Shown here one piece after another: positions 36,822 through 40,314 of a stretch of 40,314 nt of DNA. Within the stretch, counting starts at the first letter, position 1, and the number at the start of each line of letters is the position of its first letter. The notes beneath the pieces are model-generated. The model was not told the origin of the DNA. It saw only the letters and a list, made by a program, of their open reading frames with translations, and did not search any database. Where the stretch lies: NCBI GenBank assembly GCA_030539595.1, contig JAUNXW010000001.1, forward strand, positions 1-40,314. Direction: 5' to 3'. A program made the position numbers and the translations under genes. The stretch is from Methanocorpusculum sp. Its GTDB lineage: Archaea; Halobacteriota; Methanomicrobia; Methanomicrobiales; Methanocorpusculaceae.

Positions 36822-37909
36822 TGAAAGAACGCGAGGAGCTTGCCGAAATCGACAGACAGATTATGGCTCTTGTCGGCAGGCGCAATGCTGCCGCAGAAAA
36901 AATAGGCATAGCAAAGGCTCTTGCAAATGAAGGGGTTGTTGTTCCGCAGGTTGAAAAAATTGTTGTCGAAAGATACGTCGAGGAGGGAAAAAAACACGGA
37001 GTGAGCGCCGCGACGGCGTCAAGAATTGCAAGAGCGGTGATTGATGAGTCGGTTGATGTTCAGGGGAGAGTGCCGCGGTCTGCTGCGCCCAAGAAAATTT
37101 TTATTGTCGGCGGCAACGGCGGAATGGGTCGCTGGCTTTCGGATTTTTTTCACGCAAGAGGGCATGCGGTTTCAATTTTGGATGTAAATCCTGCGGGAGC
37201 AAAATATCCGTTTGAGGATTTTGTAACAGGCTGCAAATCCGATGTAATTATTGTAGCGACGCCTGTTGACGTGTCAAGAGAAATTTTGGAAAAGGTTTTT
37301 GCCGAAAATACGGATGCGCTGATTTTTGATATTCTGTCGGTTAAGTCGCCCGTTGAATCGGTTTTGATTAAAGCCGCCGCTGATGGCAGACGGGTTTGTT
37401 CGGTTCATCCGATGTTTGGTCCATGCGCTCCTTCGGTTGCGGGAAGAAATATTATTGTGGCAGACTGCGGCTGTGTTTCTGCAAATTGCGACGCTGCGGA
37501 ACTTTTCAGCGGCGGGACTATTCTTGAGATGCCTATTTTGGAGCACGATAAAGCTGCGGCGTATGTTCTGGGACTTTCTCATGCGGTGAATCTGGCTTTT
37601 TCCGATGCACTCGTAAGCAGCGGGTTCAGTTTTAAGGAGTTATCCGATGCGGCTTCGACTACGTTCAGAAAACAAGTGGCTGTTTCCCGTGAGGTTTCTT
37701 TGGAGAATGCGGAACTGTATTATGCGATTCAGCGTGAGAATCCAAAAAATTCTTCGGCGCTTGAAAAACTTGAAGAGGCTGTGCGCCGCGTGAGAAAATT
37801 GCCGCGCGACGAGTTTATTTCGATGATGCATAAAGAGGCTGAGTGGTATTTGAAAGATGAGCAGTCTTTGGGTGAAGAAAGACTGCGCGGGTGTTTATCT
37901 CAGCCGTAA
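36809..37909 (+). CDS. tyrA: Chorismate mutase - prephenate dehydrogenase fusion
   Basis: N-terminal REELAEIDRQIMALVGRR (AroQ type); GGNGGMG, DILSVK, HPMFGP, EHD. GTG start after GGAGGA. Confidence 0.9.
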   Translation: MSDLMKEREELAEIDRQIMALVGRRNAAAEKIGIAKALANEGVVVPQVEKIVVERYVEEGKKHGVSAATASRIARAVIDESVDVQGRVPRSAAPKKIFIVGGNGGMGRWLSDFFHARGHAVSILDVNPAGAKYPFEDFVTGCKSDVIIVATPVDVSREILEKVFAENTDALIFDILSVKSPVESVLIKAAADGRRVCSVHPMFGPCAPSVAGRNIIVADCGCVSANCDAAELFSGGTILEMPILEHDKAAAYVLGLSHAVNLAFSDALVSSGFSFKELSDAASTTFRKQVAVSREVSLENAELYYAIQRENPKNSSALEKLEEAVRRVRKLPRDEFISMMHKEAEWYLKDEQSLGEERLRGCLSQP

Positions 37910-38090
37910 AAGTTATGCTGAACATATTTTTCAGCGGCAAAAACAACGCGCGAAACGGTCTTTTCAATGCTCTGATACATCAGCCGCATCAAAAACATAC
38001 TCTGCAAGCCATTAGGTTTATCATCTCACAAGTCAACCTTATTAAACCCATGTCAGAAATACCTTCGGGTATGCGACATAAGGTGATACA

Positions 38091-38564
38091 ATGGCAGAAA
38101 CTGTCGAGGTCTTGGTACCTGGCGGTAGAGCAACTGCAGGACCGCCACTCGGTCCGGCACTTGGTCCATTAGGAATCAACGTGAAAGCAGTCGTTGATGA
38201 CATCAACAAAAAGACTGCAGAATTCAACGGTATGTCAGTTCCTGTAACTGTCCATGTCGATGATAAAAAAGTCGTCACGTTAACTGTCGGAATTCCGCCG
38301 ACATCAGCGCTTGTCTTAAAAGAAGCCGGTGTCGAAAAGGGTTCGGGCACACCGAAAACCCAAGCAGTTGGTAATCTGCCGCTTGAAGCTGTCATTCGCA
38401 TAGCAAAGATGAAGATGGGCTCTATGCTCGCTTACGACGTTAAAAACGCCGCAAAAGAAGTCATAGGCACCTGCGTTTCAGTCGGTGTAACCATCGAAGG
38501 CAAAACTGCCAAAGAGGCAATTGCCGCAATCAATGCCGGTGAATGGGACGCTCAGCTCGCATAA
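38091..38564 (+). CDS. rpl11: 50S ribosomal protein uL11
   Basis: GGRATAGPPLGPALGPLGIN, PPTSAL, EVIGTCVSVG. Confidence 0.97.
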   Translation: MAETVEVLVPGGRATAGPPLGPALGPLGINVKAVVDDINKKTAEFNGMSVPVTVHVDDKKVVTLTVGIPPTSALVLKEAGVEKGSGTPKTQAVGNLPLEAVIRIAKMKMGSMLAYDVKNAAKEVIGTCVSVGVTIEGKTAKEAIAAINAGEWDAQLA

Positions 38565-38635
38565 GCGAACTTGAGTTCAGCTCCAAACGGGTACGTGGAA
38601 AAACCCACGTAAAAAAGTACAGTAGTAGAGAACAA

Positions 38636-38687
38636 AAGCCATAGGAGATTGGATATATAAATCCGGTCGACAGACTATGGGAGGCTT
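38636..38687 (+). promoter_or_regulatory. Putative uL1 autoregulatory mRNA binding site
   Basis: CCATA-GGAG-ATTGGAT-loop-ATCCGGT-CGACAGAC-TATGG: two helices around an asymmetric internal loop, adjoining the GGAGG RBS of rpl1. Confidence 0.65.
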
Positions 38688-38693
38688 CATCAA

Positions 38694-39335
38694 ATGGTTG
38701 AAAAAACCCAAATTATAAAAGCTGTTACGGCAGCATTCGAGACTGCGCCTAAACGTAACTTTCAGGAGAGTGTAGATATTACTATCAACCTGAAGCACGT
38801 AGATATGGCTCAGCCCAAAAACCGTATTGATGAGACGATTCTTCTGCCAAAGGCAATGGGCGTCAAAAAGATCGCCGTCCTCGGTAAAGGAGATATCATT
38901 TCCCAGGCACGCAATGCAGGCGTCGATTTAATTATCGGTGCGGAAGAGATTGAGCGCCTCGGAGGTGCACCGCGTGAAGCACGTAAGCTTGCCGGCGCAT
39001 ATGATTTCTTCCTCGCAGAGACAGCGGTTATGCCACTTGTTGGTCGCTATCTTGGTCAGAGACTCGGTCCACGCGGTAAAATGCCGCAGCCGATTCCGCC
39101 GGGACAGGACATTACCCCGATTGTCGAACGTTTAAGAAACTCCATTAAAGTCCGTTCAAAAGACAGACTTAATATGTCGGTGAAAATCGGTACAACCGCT
39201 ATGACACCTGAGGATGTTTCTGAAAACCTCGATGCAATCTTAAAGAGGGTTCTTGGAAGACTCGAGAACGGAGAGTTAAATATCCGTTCAATCTACGTCA
39301 AAACCACGATGGGTCCAGCTGTAAAGGTGATGTAA
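38694..39335 (+). CDS. rpl1: 50S ribosomal protein uL1
   Basis: RNFQESVDITINLK, LGPRGKMP, NIRSIYVKTTMGP. Confidence 0.97.
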   Translation: MVEKTQIIKAVTAAFETAPKRNFQESVDITINLKHVDMAQPKNRIDETILLPKAMGVKKIAVLGKGDIISQARNAGVDLIIGAEEIERLGGAPREARKLAGAYDFFLAETAVMPLVGRYLGQRLGPRGKMPQPIPPGQDITPIVERLRNSIKVRSKDRLNMSVKIGTTAMTPEDVSENLDAILKRVLGRLENGELNIRSIYVKTTMGPAVKVM

Positions 39336-39337
39336 AA

Positions 39338-40183
39338 ATGGCAATCTATACACACCATCTTCCGGCATGGAAACGCGAACAGGTTGAGCACATTAAAGAA
39401 TTATCCGCCAAGTACGAGCTTGTCGGACTGGTAGATGTTTACGGTATTCCCGCAAAACAGTTCCAGCAGATTCGCAGAAACCTGCACGACAACGCAGTTG
39501 TAAAAGTAGCAAGAAACACTCTTGTTGAGCACGCATTCAATGAGCTCGGTGCACATTTCCTTGACTTAAACGCCAAAGTAAACGAGCACTCGGCACTTAT
39601 CTTTGCAAACGGAAATCCGTTTAAACTGTTCAAGTCACTTGAGCAGACAAAGACAAAGCGCTCGGCAAAAGCAGGCGAAATTACTCCTGAAGATATTGTT
39701 GTCGCAGCAGGACCAACCAGTTTCAAGCCCGGACCTATTGTAGGAGAACTTCAGCAGGCAGGTATCCCGGCTGCAATTGACGGCGGAAAGGTCAAAATTA
39801 AAGAGACTAAGACCGTTGTTAAGGCAGGTCAGGCAATCAACAAGAAGCAGGCAGACATACTCGTAAAGCTTGATATCAAGCCGATGCCGGTAGGTCTTTC
39901 GCTTCTTGCGGTTTGCTATGAAGGAGATATTTATATGCCGGATGTTCTCGCAGTCGATGACGAGGCATACAAGGCAAAGATCACTCTTTCCGCACAGCAG
40001 GCATTCAATCTCGCGGTTAACGCAGCAATTCCGACATCGTGCCCGGCAGTTACTGAGGCTCAGATTGGAAAGGCAGTCCGTGAGGCAAGAAACCTCGGTG
40101 TAGAGGCACCTGTCTATGAGAAGGGTGTTATCGAGATGATTATCAGCAAGGCATACAGACAAGCAAATGCCCTTAAGGCATAA
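39338..40183 (+). CDS. rpl10: 50S ribosomal protein uL10 (aP0)
   Basis: PAWKREQV, QQIRRNL, ARNTL, NPFKL, GPTSFKPGP. Confidence 0.96.
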   Translation: MAIYTHHLPAWKREQVEHIKELSAKYELVGLVDVYGIPAKQFQQIRRNLHDNAVVKVARNTLVEHAFNELGAHFLDLNAKVNEHSALIFANGNPFKLFKSLEQTKTKRSAKAGEITPEDIVVAAGPTSFKPGPIVGELQQAGIPAAIDGGKVKIKETKTVVKAGQAINKKQADILVKLDIKPMPVGLSLLAVCYEGDIYMPDVLAVDDEAYKAKITLSAQQAFNLAVNAAIPTSCPAVTEAQIGKAVREARNLGVEAPVYEKGVIEMIISKAYRQANALKA

Positions 40184-40213
40184 TACAGTTATAACAAAAA
40201 ATAGGTGAAAAAA

Positions 40214-40314
40214 ATGGAGTATATATACGCAGCTCTGTTAGTTCACTCCGCAGGAAAAGCTGTGGATGAAGAATCGGTTAAGGCAGTTCTCTCTGCCGCA
40301 GGTATCGCAGTCGA
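40214..40314 (+). CDS. rpl12: 50S ribosomal protein P1/L12 (5' part, runs off the window)
   Basis: Translated by hand: [33 protein letters not shown]; AGGTGA RBS upstream. Confidence 0.95.
   Translation, partial: MEYIYAALLVHSAGKAVDEESVKAVLSAAGIAV

Overview
Archaeal chromosomal segment from a methanogen. It is most likely Methanomicrobiales, Methanocorpusculum-like; this is inferred from mer, the ADH/DHQ-synthase-II shikimate route, the archaeal mevalonate operon and a stand-alone cas1. Left end (1-7.4 kb): an AT-rich accessory block on the minus strand encoding two dockerin-bearing secreted proteins, two membrane-anchored cohesin-like proteins and a membrane acyltransferase, bordered by a Fic gene. 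Middle: truA, a PHP protein, a DHPS-like protein, glnA, a 4Fe-4S membrane protein, an archaemetzincin coupled to an apparently inactive Cas1 with no CRISPR array, UPF0146, an acyl-CoA ligase, rubredoxin, mer, tRNA-Arg(TCG), a dcd-like gene and a TctA-family gene. An ~850 bp gap then holds a candidate structured RNA ahead of amrB-mvk-ipk-fni-rnj-idsA. This is followed by an NRAMP/APC-type transporter fused to a 5TMR-LYT receptor domain plus a solute-binding protein, a seven-gene shikimate-to-prephenate operon, and rpl11-rpl1-rpl10-rpl12 (partial). Intergenic regions carry a modular hairpin repeat family and a short inverted-repeat element present in both empty and filled form. All protein calls come from motif recognition by eye; no database search was run.
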